64,000 bases of DNA. Source: Octopus sinensis (lineage: Eukaryota). This document shows positions 63,544 to 64,000 of the stretch, one piece after another. The stretch is from assembly GCF_006345805.1 (NCBI RefSeq), contig NC_043000.1, positions 131,254,001-131,318,000 of the forward strand, written 5' to 3'. The number at the start of each line of letters is the position of its first letter. Position 1 is the stretch's first letter. Position numbers and translations under genes: made by a program. The notes below the pieces were generated by a model. It saw nothing but the letters and a program-made list of their open reading frames with translations, was not told the origin of the DNA and made no database searches.

Positions 63544-64000
63544 ATGACCCAATTGTCAGCAGCACAGGGAGAACAAGCTATTGGCCAATTTTCAAGCAGG
63601 GCAGCGTGCCCTGGTTATTGCAAAAGCTTACAATGTTCATGTCAGCACCATCTATTGCCTGCAACGATACAACAACACTAACAGCACTGTAGACTGTGCC
63701 CGCAGAAGGCACTCTTGGGTGACCATGCCCAGGCAGGACCACTTTATCCACCTGCAACACCTTTATGATTGCTTCAGACCAGCCAGCATGACAGCTTGCA
63801 AGACCATAGGCATTAGGCAGTGACCCATCAGTGATGACACAGTATGATGTCGACTGGCTGCCAACAACCTGCATTGCCATCATCCTGCTCAAGAGCCTGT
63901 CCTCACTGCCCACCACTGTCAAGCATGACTACAGTGGGGCACACACCACTGACATTGGTGGCACCAACAATGGAGTTCGGTAGTCTTCTCTGATGAGAGC
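63544..64000 (+). mobile_element. Tc1-like transposase pseudogene (N-terminal HTH to first catalytic Asp), runs off window
   Basis: MTQLSAAQGEQAIGQF / AKAYNVHVSTIY / TMPRQDHFI / WSSVVFSDES, with a frameshift and several stops. Confidence 0.85.

Overview
AT-rich, microsatellite-dense animal genomic DNA. The repeat families (tRNA-SINEs, an RTE LINE 3' UTR with (GAT)n tails, long TA/CATA/TAA runs) look like octopus/cephalopod DNA; this is an inference. The only host gene I can support is a CCDC33-like coiled-coil gene on the minus strand. It has two well-supported exons (10586-10830, 1070-1158) that splice in frame, plus a probable upstream exon (12363-12583); the gene continues off the left edge. 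The rest is intron or intergenic DNA full of mobile elements: two mariners (one full length with TIRs and TA TSD), a Tc1, RTE, CR1 and Penelope fragments, four tandem R4/Dong-type RLE retrotransposons sitting in (TAA)n tracts, two non-autonomous Helitrons, TTAA and TA MITEs, and three SINE families. Less expected signals: a complete minimal hammerhead ribozyme fold at 27001-27038 plus two other hammerhead-like families, a ~6.7 kb degenerate 28-bp tandem array, a Penelope GIY-YIG domain split by a ~200-codon S/T/D-rich insert, an RTE ending in three C2H2 fingers, a single in-frame TGA in the putative CCDC33 exon, and a ~420-bp inverted duplication bracketing a mariner. All analysis was by eye, with no database searches.
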